From Terracidiphilus sp. (lineage in GTDB: Bacteria; Acidobacteriota; Terriglobia; Terriglobales; Acidobacteriaceae): a DNA stretch of 64,000 nucleotides. The first letter of the stretch is position 1. The number at the start of each line of letters is the position of its first letter. Below, piece after piece: positions 1 through 9,612 of this stretch. The notes under the pieces were generated by a model. It did no database searches, was not told the DNA's origin, and saw nothing but the letters and a program-made list of their open reading frames with translations. The DNA lies in contig JBKQNU010000103.1 in NCBI GenBank assembly GCA_052145815.1, positions 44,836-108,835 of the forward strand, written 5' to 3'. A program made the position numbers and the translations under genes.

Positions 1-33
1 CACGATCTCTCCGCCCTTGATCAGCAGTCCCAT
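1..33 (-). CDS. hydA: Dihydropyrimidinase, N-terminal fragment (runs off the window)
   Basis: Manual translation MGLLIKGGEIV, a typical amidohydrolase N-terminus; AGGAG RBS upstream; follows preA. Confidence 0.65.
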   Translation of the reverse strand, partial: MGLLIKGGEIV

Positions 34-90
34 TCGATCTCTTCTCCTGCGCCGTCTTATCCTGGTGCGATCCTCGGTGATGAACTCGAG

Positions 91-1476
91 TTAGTGAATG
101 TGGATTCCCATCTGTTCGCGATATGCTTTCATCGTTTCCCAATCCTCAGTCACTTTGACTTGCTGTTCGGAAAGCTCGCTCCATGTAACCGAGTCGCGAC
201 CGGAGGGAACCTCCACCATGGAAATGCAATCGTCCACCGGACACACGTTATAGCAGAGCCGGCAGCCCACGCAATCTTCCTCGCGAACCTTTGGTTGCGG
301 GCGCGTCGCGATTGCTTCCTGCTTGCCATTCGAACTTGCATCGTAGGAGAGCGGCTCGACCAGCGCGCCAGTAGGCGAGACGAGATCGATGCACTGATGT
401 GCCGTGTCATTGCAGGCCACGTAACACAGGTTGCACTTGATACATTTCTCCTCGTCGATGCGAGCCACGGCGCGATAGGAAAGGTCGAAATTCTTGAACT
501 CCGATACGCGGTGCAGACTATGGCCGCTGACGTCGGCAATGGTCTTGAAGCCTTTCTCGTCCATCCAGTTGGAGAGGCCGTCGCAGAGGTCTTCAATGAT
601 ACGAAAACCGTAATGCATGACCGCGGTGCAGACCTGCAGGCTGGATGCGCCGAGAAGCAGAAACTGCGCGGCGTCCTGCCAGTTGGCAATGCCGCCCATG
701 CCGGAGATGGGAATGCCGGACTTGGAGACGATCTCATCCGTGCCCAGCGAAGCAAGCATGTTGAGCGCGATGGGCTTCACTGCCGGCCCAGCATAGCCGC
801 CGTGGCCGCCCTTGCCGCCGATGCTTGGAGTCAACTCCAGCGTATCCAGATCCACACCGACGATGGAGTTGATGGTATTGATGAGCGAGAGCGCGTTGGC
901 GCCGGCGGCAACACCGGCGCGGGCGGGCAGCACGATGTTGGTGATGTTCGGCGTGAGCTTCATGATGACAGGAATCGTCGCGGCTTCCATCACCCAGCGC
1001 GTGATCCGCTCACAATATTCCGGCACCTGGCCCACGGCGGAGCCCATCCCCCGTTCGCTCATGCCGTGCGGGCATCCGTAGTTCAACTCGATACCGTCCG
1101 CCCCTGTGTCTTCGATGCGCTCGACAATCTCCCGCCACGCTTCCGGCTTCGAGTCCACCATGGCAGAGACAATCACTGCGCGATCGGGCCAAGCGCGCTT
1201 GACTTCGGCAATCTCGCGCAGGTTGACTTCGATGGGCCGGTCGGAGATGAGCTCGACATTATTAATTGCCAGCATGCGTTGGCGCCCGTAGTGCCAGGCT
1301 CCATAGCGGTTCGAAACGTTCAGCACGGGCGCGCCAATCGTCTTCCACACCGCACCGCCCCAGCCCGCCTCAAACGCTCTGTGAATCTGCGCACCGGAGT
1401 TGGTGGGCGGAGCCGAGGCCAGCCAGAAAGGGTTAGGCGACTTGATGCCGGCGAAGTTGATGCGAAGGTCTGCCAT
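91..1476 (-). CDS. preA: NAD-dependent dihydropyrimidine dehydrogenase subunit PreA
   Basis: SPNPFWLASAPPT, GWGGAVWKT, ELNYGCPHGM; C-terminal 2x[4Fe-4S] motifs CIKCNLCYVAC and CVGCRLCYNVC. Confidence 0.95.
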   Translation of the reverse strand: MADLRINFAGIKSPNPFWLASAPPTNSGAQIHRAFEAGWGGAVWKTIGAPVLNVSNRYGAWHYGRQRMLAINNVELISDRPIEVNLREIAEVKRAWPDRAVIVSAMVDSKPEAWREIVERIEDTGADGIELNYGCPHGMSERGMGSAVGQVPEYCERITRWVMEAATIPVIMKLTPNITNIVLPARAGVAAGANALSLINTINSIVGVDLDTLELTPSIGGKGGHGGYAGPAVKPIALNMLASLGTDEIVSKSGIPISGMGGIANWQDAAQFLLLGASSLQVCTAVMHYGFRIIEDLCDGLSNWMDEKGFKTIADVSGHSLHRVSEFKNFDLSYRAVARIDEEKCIKCNLCYVACNDTAHQCIDLVSPTGALVEPLSYDASSNGKQEAIATRPQPKVREEDCVGCRLCYNVCPVDDCISMVEVPSGRDSVTWSELSEQQVKVTEDWETMKAYREQMGIHIH

Positions 1477-1478
1477 GT

Positions 1479-2831
1479 TTAACTCACCTCGGCCATCGTC
1501 GTGCGTGGCAGTAGCTGTTCATGGATTGCCTTCGCCGCCAGTTTTCCATCTTGCACAGCCATCACCGTCGAGGCTGCGCCGGCGGACCGAATGCAATCTC
1601 CAATCGCGTACACGCCATCGATGCTCGTCTGAAAGCCGGCATCCACGGCGATAAAGCCTTTGCTGGTTTTGAGGCCCAGCAGCGCGGCCAACGATGGCTT
1701 GTTCTGACCGACAGCTTTGACGATCTGATCCGCGGCAAGCACAAACGCCGAACCCGCCACCGGCATTGGCGATGGCCGGCCGGATGCGTCGGGCGCGCCT
1801 AACTCAACGCGCAAACACTCGAGACCGACCGGATTGCCACCCTCCAGAATCACGCTCGAAGGCTGGCTCAGAAACCGGAATTCGATGCCTTCCTTGCGCG
1901 CAAACTCGTATTCGTGGTCATAGCAAGTCATCTCGCGATCGGTGCGGCGATAGACCATTGTGACTCGCTCCGCGCCTAGCCGCTTGGCGATGGTGGCGCA
2001 ATCGACCGCGGTGTTGCCCGCGCCGATGACAAGAACGTTACGGCCCACGCTCATGCTCGCGAGGTCGGTCTTGCTGGCTTCAATGTATTGCAGCCCATCG
2101 ATGATGGCCTCCTCCCCATCGATCCCAAGATCGGGCGTCCTGCCCAGGCCAACGCTGAGCACCACGGCATCGTACTGCTCCTGAAGCTGCTCGAGAGAAA
2201 CATCCTTGGCAAATTCGATTCCGGTCTTGATCTCGACGCCCATCGCTTCGATCATGCGCGTCTCTTCAAGAGCAATCTCGACCGGCTCGCGCAGCGCGAT
2301 GATGCCGAAGGTGGAGAGCCCGCCGGGCAATTCGCGCTTTTCAAAGATCGTCGCCGCATGGCCCAGCCTGGCGAGTTCTCCGGCGCAGGAAAGTCCCGCG
2401 GGCCCAGCGCCGATGATTGCAATCGATCTGCCTGTCGGCTTAGCCTCGACCGCAGGATAGCATTGCCTCTCGCGGGCGTAATCCATGGCAAAGCGCTGCA
2501 AGCGTCCGATCGCGATGGGCTTGTGCTCTGCTCCCAGCACACATGCGCCCTCGCACAATTCCTGCACCGGGCAAACGCGCGCGCAGGTGGCGCCAAGGAG
2601 ATTCGAGGCATAAATCGCTTCCGCGGAGCCGCGCAGATTGTTGGAGGCGATTTTCTTGATGAAGCGAGGAATATCGATGTGCGTGGGGCAGGCGTGAGTG
2701 CAGGGCGCATCGTAGCAGTAGAGACATCGGTCCGCTTCGACGGCGGCGGCGTGCGGAGTGAGACCGGGCAGTTGCTCGGCGAGCGCTTTACCGATCTCTT
2801 TTTCGCCTCTTTCTCTGCGGGCCAAACCCAT
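1479..2831 (-). CDS. preT: Dihydropyrimidine dehydrogenase subunit PreT (GltD-like FAD/NAD(P), Fe-S)
   Basis: RCLYCYDAPCTHACP, GAGPAG and GAGNTA motifs; start moved to the ATG 7 nt after AAGGAG. Confidence 0.9.
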   Translation of the reverse strand: MGLARRERGEKEIGKALAEQLPGLTPHAAAVEADRCLYCYDAPCTHACPTHIDIPRFIKKIASNNLRGSAEAIYASNLLGATCARVCPVQELCEGACVLGAEHKPIAIGRLQRFAMDYARERQCYPAVEAKPTGRSIAIIGAGPAGLSCAGELARLGHAATIFEKRELPGGLSTFGIIALREPVEIALEETRMIEAMGVEIKTGIEFAKDVSLEQLQEQYDAVVLSVGLGRTPDLGIDGEEAIIDGLQYIEASKTDLASMSVGRNVLVIGAGNTAVDCATIAKRLGAERVTMVYRRTDREMTCYDHEYEFARKEGIEFRFLSQPSSVILEGGNPVGLECLRVELGAPDASGRPSPMPVAGSAFVLAADQIVKAVGQNKPSLAALLGLKTSKGFIAVDAGFQTSIDGVYAIGDCIRSAGAASTVMAVQDGKLAAKAIHEQLLPRTTMAEVS

Positions 2832-2988
2832 CCACGTGCTCCTTGAAAAGTTTCCCGGCGTCAACACCGGCTGTATTTTGTGCGGCAGCGTACTCAACCG
2901 GATCTGATCGAGGAGGAGGCCGGTCTTGTCTGTCGCAGAGTTCATATTCTAGTGCAAATCCGCGCGGAAGCAAGTCTGATAATGCAAA

Positions 2989-4173
2989 TCAGCCCGCGAC
3001 TGTAACCGGGGCTGCGCGCACCTGACGCAGAGGCAGAGCGGTGGAGGATGTCCGCAGTTTTTGAATTTCCGCAAGGATGGAAAGCGCGATGGTTTCGGGC
3101 GACTCGGCGCCCAGGTCGAGTCCTGTTGGGGCATATAGTTCGGCGAGCCAGCGCTCGGTTTGATCGGCCATCGCGCTTGCGGGCAGGTTGAGCAGGCGCG
3201 CGGCTTCGCCAAGAAGTTCGCGGGTTCGGCGCTGCGGGCCTAGAACACCGATGTAGGCGGGCGGTTTCGGAAGCGCCAACAGGCAGGCGAGGATTTTGGA
3301 ATCCTGCTCAAAGCTGTGGGTCATCACGATCGCTGCGTCGTCGGGGCGAATAACAGGAAACGCGGTTGGCGATCCGTCGAACGCAATGGTCGGCATATCT
3401 TGAATGGGCAGGACGGTCAACGTATCAGCCTGGGGAAAGCGCAAACGGTTGGCCAGATGCGTGCGGCCGTCGGCGACGGACACAAACCAGCCAAGTTCCT
3501 TTGCCTGGTGCAGCAACGGCTGAGCATCGTCGCCCGCGCCAAAGATTGTCAGGCCGGGCCGGGCTGGACGGTAATCGGCCCAGGCTCTTACGGTGGCTTC
3601 GCCGGTTACAATCTCGTGCTCAATCGGCTCGCGGCTAGCCAGCGACCGCTCCGCGAGCTGCTGAAAAGGATCCATCCCGGCTTGGGATTCATCGACGTGA
3701 ATCGAGACGGTCTCCGAAGGCGCCAGGCCGGCGAAGGCGCGGTCACCAATTTGCGGGCCATCGAGAACAGTTGCCACGGCCAGCGGAACGCGGCGCTCGA
3801 ATCCTTGCTGCAGCGCGGCCAGCAGGGGGCTGGCGGTGGCGCGCCGTTCCAGCAGCAAATAGATCACGCCGCCGCAACCGGAACCAAAAGGCCGCTCGCC
3901 GTCGTCGTCGGCAGTGGAGTAGCGCTGGATGGACGGGCCGTTGGCCGTGAGCCACCAGGCGCGGCTGGCCACCTGCGCCTCAAGGCAGCCGCCGCTCACC
4001 GTTCCAACACGCCGGCCATCTGCGGTGAGCAGCATGAGCGCCCCCGGCTTTCGATAGCTGGGACCTTGAACAGCAATAACAGTAGCCAGCACATAGTCTG
4101 CCCCGGCGGCTTCAAGTTCGCGCCAGACGGAAAGTATGCGTTCCAGGTCGGTCATTCCTCCATTGTCGCTCAA
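2989..4173 (-). CDS. xdhC: XdhC/CoxI family molybdoenzyme accessory factor
   Basis: GTVSGGCLE, GSGCGG, FGAGDDA, YIGVLGP, PTGLDLGAESPETIALSILAEI. Confidence 0.9.
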   Translation of the reverse strand: MSDNGGMTDLERILSVWRELEAAGADYVLATVIAVQGPSYRKPGALMLLTADGRRVGTVSGGCLEAQVASRAWWLTANGPSIQRYSTADDDGERPFGSGCGGVIYLLLERRATASPLLAALQQGFERRVPLAVATVLDGPQIGDRAFAGLAPSETVSIHVDESQAGMDPFQQLAERSLASREPIEHEIVTGEATVRAWADYRPARPGLTIFGAGDDAQPLLHQAKELGWFVSVADGRTHLANRLRFPQADTLTVLPIQDMPTIAFDGSPTAFPVIRPDDAAIVMTHSFEQDSKILACLLALPKPPAYIGVLGPQRRTRELLGEAARLLNLPASAMADQTERWLAELYAPTGLDLGAESPETIALSILAEIQKLRTSSTALPLRQVRAAPVTVAG

Positions 4174-4273
4174 ACTTCCATGATTCGCGCCATGCGTCTT
4201 CGCCGATACTCTGATTCTTACTCGGCAAAACTCAGCGAGTAGGTGGTCGCCGGGTCCACTGGGCCGTGCAGGA

Positions 4274-5221
4274 TCATTGCGTTGGGAACAGCTCCCGATC
4301 AGGCAGTATCTGCTTGCTCAGCGCAGCGCTCACGGTGTAAACAGGCTCGTTGACCACCTGGCTAAGGCGGAGCTTGAGGGCCACGCTGCACAGAATGTAT
4401 GCGTGCATCTCTGTGAAGCCCCAACGGCGGGCGAGCAGGTCAATCATGCGATTGGTTGCAGCGCGCGCAGTGGCGGCCAGATCGGTTCCTGTCTCCACCA
4501 CCACCCATGCGTCGGCACTCGAGTCCGCCGCCGCAACCTCACTCGCTTCGACAAGGGGGCCGGATAGCGGCTGCCGTTTATGCAGATGGAATCGCAGCGT
4601 AACATCGAGCGGGCACTCGATGCCGTTGATGCACACCTCGCCGTCGCCCTGCGCCGCGTGACCGTCTCCACAACTGAAAAGTGCGCCAGGATTGAACACA
4701 GGCAGATAGAGCCGCGACCCGGCACACAGTTCGCGCACATCGAGATTGCCGCCGAATGAGCCTGGCGGGCGGGTGCGAAATGCGCCATCGTCCGCACGCG
4801 CCACTCCCATGACCCCCAGAAACGGCCGCACCGGCACAACCGCTGGAGCGAGGGAACTGGTGGATTCTCCGTCGAGCTGCCAATGAAAAAGACAGGGCTC
4901 GTGGAAGCGGTCTTTCAGAAAGCCCAGCCCCTCGATCACGCTGGACCATCCCCAGCCGGCGTGACGCGTGGAGAGCACATCGATTTGCAACACGTCACCC
5001 GGTTCCGCTCCGTCTACCCAGACAGGCCCGGTAAGCGCGTGGATGCGCGCACGATCGATGGTGAGGAAATCCGCTGTCGTCATGCCTGGAAGCACCTGGC
5101 CGCCGCTTGCGTCCACGCACTCAAAAGCAACCTCATCGCCCGGCTCGATGCGCAACCTTGCTGGAAGCGAGCGGTCCCACACGGAGTGGGTTGGTTCGGC
5201 GGAGAGCACGTGCTCGGTCAT
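4274..5221 (-). CDS. Acetamidase/formamidase family protein
   Basis: HALTGPVWVDGAEPGD, FGGNLD, GDGHAAQGDGEV. Confidence 0.9.
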   Translation of the reverse strand: MTEHVLSAEPTHSVWDRSLPARLRIEPGDEVAFECVDASGGQVLPGMTTADFLTIDRARIHALTGPVWVDGAEPGDVLQIDVLSTRHAGWGWSSVIEGLGFLKDRFHEPCLFHWQLDGESTSSLAPAVVPVRPFLGVMGVARADDGAFRTRPPGSFGGNLDVRELCAGSRLYLPVFNPGALFSCGDGHAAQGDGEVCINGIECPLDVTLRFHLHKRQPLSGPLVEASEVAAADSSADAWVVVETGTDLAATARAATNRMIDLLARRWGFTEMHAYILCSVALKLRLSQVVNEPVYTVSAALSKQILPDRELFPTQ

Positions 5222-5697
5222 GATTCCTTCACCCTCACGGTCATTTGCAGCTCCACCAGGGCGCCGCGCGGCAAAGCGTTCAGGCCAACGGCGGCGCGCA
5301 CATGGCGGCCAGCCTCGCCAAACACCTGAACCAGCAGATCGGAAGCGCCGTTGATGATCGCCGGTGAATCCGGGAACCCCTGTACGGCGTTGACATAGCC
5401 GTTCACCGTCAACACTTCAGCCACGCGATCGAGCGAGCCCACGTCGCGCTTGAGCACGGCCAATTGCGTGAGAGCGCATGCCCTGGCTGCCGCGTAGCCA
5501 TCTTCCACGGTGCGGTCCAGGCCTGCCGTCCCGGCGATGATGCCGTCGGGTCCGGTCGAGATGACTCCTGAAAGATAGACGATTGAGCCGGCCTGCTTGG
5601 AGGAAACGTAGTTCCCGCCCGGGGCCGGCGCTGGTGGCAATCTGAACCCGAGTGCGGCAAGATTCTGTTCTGGTGAAATCTGCATGGTCATTTGCAT
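5218..5697 (-). CDS. RidA/YjgF family protein
   Basis: PAPGGNY, INGASDLLVQVFGEAGRHVRAAVG, LPRGALVE; ATGA overlap with the amidase. Confidence 0.9.
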   Translation of the reverse strand: MQMTMQISPEQNLAALGFRLPPAPAPGGNYVSSKQAGSIVYLSGVISTGPDGIIAGTAGLDRTVEDGYAAARACALTQLAVLKRDVGSLDRVAEVLTVNGYVNAVQGFPDSPAIINGASDLLVQVFGEAGRHVRAAVGLNALPRGALVELQMTVRVKES

Positions 5698-5764
5698 TTG
5701 AATTTAGCACGATGAGGGGAAGTTTTTCTTTGGTCTTCGTTTCCATTCCAGTTAGCATGAGGCC

Positions 5765-5969
5765 ATGATGCGAGCTTTTCTGCTTTTGCTGCCAAGCGCC
5801 GCACTGGCCGTCGTGCCAGAATGTCCGACGCTTCCAGCGGAGGACTTGCAACCCCATTTCCGTAAATCCAAAAGCGGCCATGCCGGCTCACACCAGCTAC
5901 GACGACGCAACTCTGAGCGCCTTGACTGCCTACTTCAAGACATTTGCAACTCCTGAAGGGATTAGATGA
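5765..5969 (+). pseudogene. Probable internally deleted remnant of an exported cytochrome-c-like gene
   Basis: One frame gives the signal-peptide-like MMRAFLLLLPSAALAVV; another gives NPISVNPKAAMPAHTSYDDATLSALTAYFKTF ending in a TGA that overlaps the ATG at 5966. Confidence 0.4.
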
Positions 5970-6463
5970 TCACGCGTACTGCAAAGATGTTGCTGGTGGC
6001 GGGAGTCGCATTGTTTTATGCGCTGATTGTGTTCAATAACCTCACCGATTTCGACTCGAACTATCAGTTCGTCCGTCATGTGCTTTCAATGGACTCGACC
6101 GTTCCCGGCAACCACGGGTTATGGCGGGCGGTTCCGTCACCTGCGATTCACCTGGCCTTCTACTGGGGCATCATCGCCTGGGAAATTGCGACAACCATTC
6201 TGCTTTGGTGGAGCGTAGTTCGTCTGGGCCGCGCCGTGCGGCTTGCCGCAGTCGCGTTCAATGCAGCCAAGCGCCTGGCCGTAATGGCATTGACTCTCTC
6301 GCTGCTGATGTGGCTGGTCGCATTTCTTTCTGTTGGCGGGGAATGGTTTCTGATGTGGCAGTCGCGCACTTGGAATGGACAGGAAGCAGCATTTCGCATG
6401 TTCACGGTGGCAGCACTCATTCTGTTGATCGTGCTGCAGCCGGACACCGAGGGCCAACCGTGA
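5966..6463 (+). CDS. DUF2165-type small integral membrane protein
   Basis: FNNLTDFDSNYQFVRHVLSMD and GGEWFLMWQS motifs; several hydrophobic segments. Confidence 0.85.
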   Translation: MITRTAKMLLVAGVALFYALIVFNNLTDFDSNYQFVRHVLSMDSTVPGNHGLWRAVPSPAIHLAFYWGIIAWEIATTILLWWSVVRLGRAVRLAAVAFNAAKRLAVMALTLSLLMWLVAFLSVGGEWFLMWQSRTWNGQEAAFRMFTVAALILLIVLQPDTEGQP

Positions 6464-7050
6464 GTAATTCCGTACCCGCTATCATTCTCGCTGCAGGCGC
6501 AAGCCGTCGGCTCGGACAGCCAAAGCAATTGCTGATGCATGGCGGAGAGACGCTGCTGCAGCGCGCGCTCAGGCTGGCGAATGAGGCCGGGGCGTCTCCG
6601 CTCTTCGCTGTACTCGGTGCCCACCACGAGCGCATTCTTCAATCCGTGACAATGCGCGATGCCATCCCAGTGATCAACGACCGCTGGGAGCAGGGCATCT
6701 CCACTTCGATCCATGCCGGGCTCGACAAGCTCGATGAGGTCGCACCCAGTGCGGCAGGTGTGCTCATCCTTGCCTGCGATCAGCCCCGGCTCACCGCCAA
6801 TCACCTGCGCTCCTTGATGGAGAGCTTCGCGGCCAATGTCGAGCCGGTGATCGTGGCCTCAGCCTATGCAGGCGTGCTCGGTATTCCGGCTGTGTTTCCG
6901 CGCACTGTTTTCGCCCACCTCCGCACGCTCAGCGGAGACAAGGGCGCACGCGCGCGGCTGGTCAAGCCGCCCTGCAGCCTGATCGATGTATCCTTTCCAG
7001 GCGGCGAAGTAGACATCGATCAACCCGCGGATCTCAGCCGGCTTGATTAA
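6460..7050 (+). CDS. mocA: Molybdenum cofactor cytidylyltransferase (MocA-like)
   Basis: AIILAAGASRRLGQPKQLL, CDQP, GDKGAR, DID; GTG start overlaps the upstream TGA. Confidence 0.85.
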   Translation: MSNSVPAIILAAGASRRLGQPKQLLMHGGETLLQRALRLANEAGASPLFAVLGAHHERILQSVTMRDAIPVINDRWEQGISTSIHAGLDKLDEVAPSAAGVLILACDQPRLTANHLRSLMESFAANVEPVIVASAYAGVLGIPAVFPRTVFAHLRTLSGDKGARARLVKPPCSLIDVSFPGGEVDIDQPADLSRLD

Positions 7051-7053
7051 ACC

Positions 7054-7899
7054 TCATCGCTCGACCGTGGCCTCGATATAACCATGGGGCTCGTCGATGG
7101 GAATGAAAATGTGATTGGGATTGTCCTGCCCGAAGGGGCTCAGGTCCGCGAGCAGGTGATGCAGGTTGGGCATGGTGAGCGTGATGCGTTCGATCTCCGG
7201 CGCCGCCGCCAGCGCGGTCTTCCCCATGTCAAACAGCGTGTGCTGCACCGACATACTGTTGTGCGCCGCAAACTCCTTGAGCAGCGCAGCCGTGACGCGT
7301 GTGCGCACCTGCGCGTAATCGGGTGTGGCCCCTTCCGCGAACGGCCAGGTAACCGTGGCGCGCGTACCGAATATGCGATCCGTAGCCGGTTTGAGCGTGG
7401 TGAGTTTGTCCTTGATGTATCCGGTGAATGCCGACTTCGTGGTTTTCAGAATCACCAGCCCGTCGACACCGGAAGTGATCGACCACTCGCGACCCTGATC
7501 GCGGACAGCGCGCACTGTGTGCATTTCGGGGCCGGCGAGTTTGAACGTCGTCGCTTCAGGGCTGCCCTCGGTAATCATCCGCTCCCAGGCCTTCTCTTCA
7601 ATTTCGACTTTGACGCCGCTTGCCTGCGCATTGTTGGTCAACAGGTAATCGCCGAGTTCCTTCGCAAAGCTCTCGATTGTCGTCGCGCTCGAGACGCGGG
7701 CCCGAGAATAGACAGTGTTCTTCATCGTGTCGGTCGGCAGAATCTTGCCGTTGTCCGCCTCAGTGAAGCTAGCCTCAAAGTCGCCTTCAAGCAGCACGTG
7801 CACGGTCCATTCGTTGAAATCGTGCCGGTCTCCATGGCGCGTGATACGTGAAAGGCGCACGCGTGATTTTCCATAGCGATTGTCACCAAGTCTGGCCAT
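7054..7899 (-). CDS. pucL: Factor-independent urate hydroxylase (uricase)
   Basis: YGKSRV, LPTDTMKNTV, LKTTKSAF, SVQHT, PNLH, DEPHGYIE. Confidence 0.95.
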   Translation of the reverse strand: MARLGDNRYGKSRVRLSRITRHGDRHDFNEWTVHVLLEGDFEASFTEADNGKILPTDTMKNTVYSRARVSSATTIESFAKELGDYLLTNNAQASGVKVEIEEKAWERMITEGSPEATTFKLAGPEMHTVRAVRDQGREWSITSGVDGLVILKTTKSAFTGYIKDKLTTLKPATDRIFGTRATVTWPFAEGATPDYAQVRTRVTAALLKEFAAHNSMSVQHTLFDMGKTALAAAPEIERITLTMPNLHHLLADLSPFGQDNPNHIFIPIDEPHGYIEATVER

Positions 7900-7903
7900 C
7901 GTG

Positions 7904-8233
7904 TCAGCTTCCTCGATAGGTTGTGTAGCAGTTGTCACTCAACAGAAGCGGGAGATGGTAATGCTCCGCGCCTCTGCAATTGAAGGTGATTGAAATCTCT
8001 GGATAAATGCTGCTGCGCCCATGACGAGCAAGATAATCGCCAACAGCAAATGTAAGCCGGTAGACGCCGGGACTTGCGTCATTGGTCAAGTCGCGACAGC
8101 GCCCGTCCTCATCCGTGGCACTCTCTCTCATAATGACCCAGGCAGAGTTCTCCTGCTTGTCCAGCCGCACTGAAACCCCGGCTGCTGGCTTGCCGAACAC
8201 TGCATCCAGCACATGCGTCGAAATTCCACTCAT
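7904..8233 (-). CDS. uraH: 5-hydroxyisourate hydrolase
   Basis: ISTHVLD, GRC, HYHLPLLLS and the C-terminal YRGS signature. Confidence 0.95.
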   Translation of the reverse strand: MSGISTHVLDAVFGKPAAGVSVRLDKQENSAWVIMRESATDEDGRCRDLTNDASPGVYRLTFAVGDYLARHGRSSIYPEISITFNCRGAEHYHLPLLLSDNCYTTYRGS

Positions 8234-8739
8234 TCCACGAGCCACTTTCCCAGACGAATCTGCGTGATCTGCCGCTGCTGTTCCGCAGCCTCGCGTAACT
8301 CGGCAACACGATCGTTGCTTAGGCGACTATTCAAGATTTCCAGCATCTCTTCGGCGCTCTTTCCCGTCGCGCACACAATGTAAGTAAAGCCGAAGCTCTG
8401 CTCATACCGCTCATTCGCTGCTGCAAGTTCAGCCAGCACCCGCTCCGCCGCAGTCTCTGCCGAGGATTGTTCCTGCCGCGACCAGGCGGCGGATTCCCTC
8501 GAAGCGTGCGCGGCCTTTCGTTCGCCAATGCGAGGATGACAGGCGAAAGCCTCCATCCAGTCTGCCTCTTCCATTGTGCTCCAAATGCGATCGGCGGCAG
8601 CACTCAATTCGTGCACGCTTCCGATGGGGCGCAGCGCCACCATGCCGGCGGCCCATCGCCGCGCGCCACAGCAGGCCTGCATCGCATCCAGCGCTGCTTC
8701 TGCAGACGCTTCATTCCACGACGAAAGCACAGGATTCAT
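8230..8739 (-). CDS. uraD: OHCU decarboxylase
   Basis: HPRIGE, SRQEQ, YEQSFGFTYIVCA, EQQRQITQIRL. Confidence 0.93.
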   Translation of the reverse strand: MNPVLSSWNEASAEAALDAMQACCGARRWAAGMVALRPIGSVHELSAAADRIWSTMEEADWMEAFACHPRIGERKAAHASRESAAWSRQEQSSAETAAERVLAELAAANERYEQSFGFTYIVCATGKSAEEMLEILNSRLSNDRVAELREAAEQQRQITQIRLGKWLVE

Positions 8740-9612
8740 TTAGACAGCCTCAGTGCCCAACTCGAGCAAGAATTCTTCCAACAGATTAGCGCCGACGCGT
8801 CTGCGATATTCGGCGGTGGAGCGAATGTCGTCGATGGGCTTTGCCTCGGCAAGCATCGCTTCGCGCGCCGCCTCAATGGTGCGCGCGTCAATCGACCTGC
8901 CAACGATTGCCGCTTCGGTTTGATAGAGCCTTACCGGGAACGCCGCGAGGCTGGCTGCGGCGAGGCGAATTTCGCTCACGTTGCCTTCCGCAACAATCGC
9001 CGTCGCCCCCAGAGCCACCTTGGAGATCGCCATGGCTCGGCGTGTCCCCACCTTGCGCATATACTGCCGGTGATGCGCGAATCGCAGCGGCAGATGCACG
9101 GCGAAGAGCAACTCATCCGTAGCCATGGCGTTGCATTTATAACCGGTGTGAAAATCGGAATAGGGAATGCGCCGGCTCCCGCGTAATGAGATCAATTCAA
9201 TCTCCGCGTCGTAGACCAGAAATGCTGGAGAAGAGTCGGCTGCCGGCGATCCGTTGACCAGATTGCCGCCAACCGTGGCGCGGCTCTGGTTGGCAATGGA
9301 CCCTATCCAGCTTGAGGCTTTGGCCACCAGCGGCAAGTGGGCCGCTATTCCCGCATCTGCTCTCAGATCGCGAAAGGTTGCTCCCGCGCCAATGGCGATG
9401 CTTTTCGCCGAGGCCTTGATGAAGCGCAGTTCGCGAATGCCCCATAGGCTAACCAGCCGAGGTGCAGTCAGCCGGCCCGCCGCGTGAGCCACCATCAACT
9501 CCGTGCCGCCTGCGATCGGCGTCCACTCGCCCGGTGCGTCTGCAAGCATTTCCAGCACAGCACGCAGACTGCCCGGCGCGACGATCTGGTGCGCTTCCGG
9601 ATTACCGCGCAT
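8740..9612 (-). CDS. Xanthine dehydrogenase FAD-binding subunit
   Basis: IAGGTEL, ATVGGNLVNGSPAADS, PIDDIRSTAEYRR. Confidence 0.92.
   Translation of the reverse strand: MRGNPEAHQIVAPGSLRAVLEMLADAPGEWTPIAGGTELMVAHAAGRLTAPRLVSLWGIRELRFIKASAKSIAIGAGATFRDLRADAGIAAHLPLVAKASSWIGSIANQSRATVGGNLVNGSPAADSSPAFLVYDAEIELISLRGSRRIPYSDFHTGYKCNAMATDELLFAVHLPLRFAHHRQYMRKVGTRRAMAISKVALGATAIVAEGNVSEIRLAAASLAAFPVRLYQTEAAIVGRSIDARTIEAAREAMLAEAKPIDDIRSTAEYRRRVGANLLEEFLLELGTEAV

Noticed and set aside
94-1482. 462-aa plus-strand ORF and similar long antisense ORFs (e.g. 10186..11481, 44191..45072, 46476..47282)
   Set aside because: Antisense to well-supported genes; expected from GC-rich codon bias
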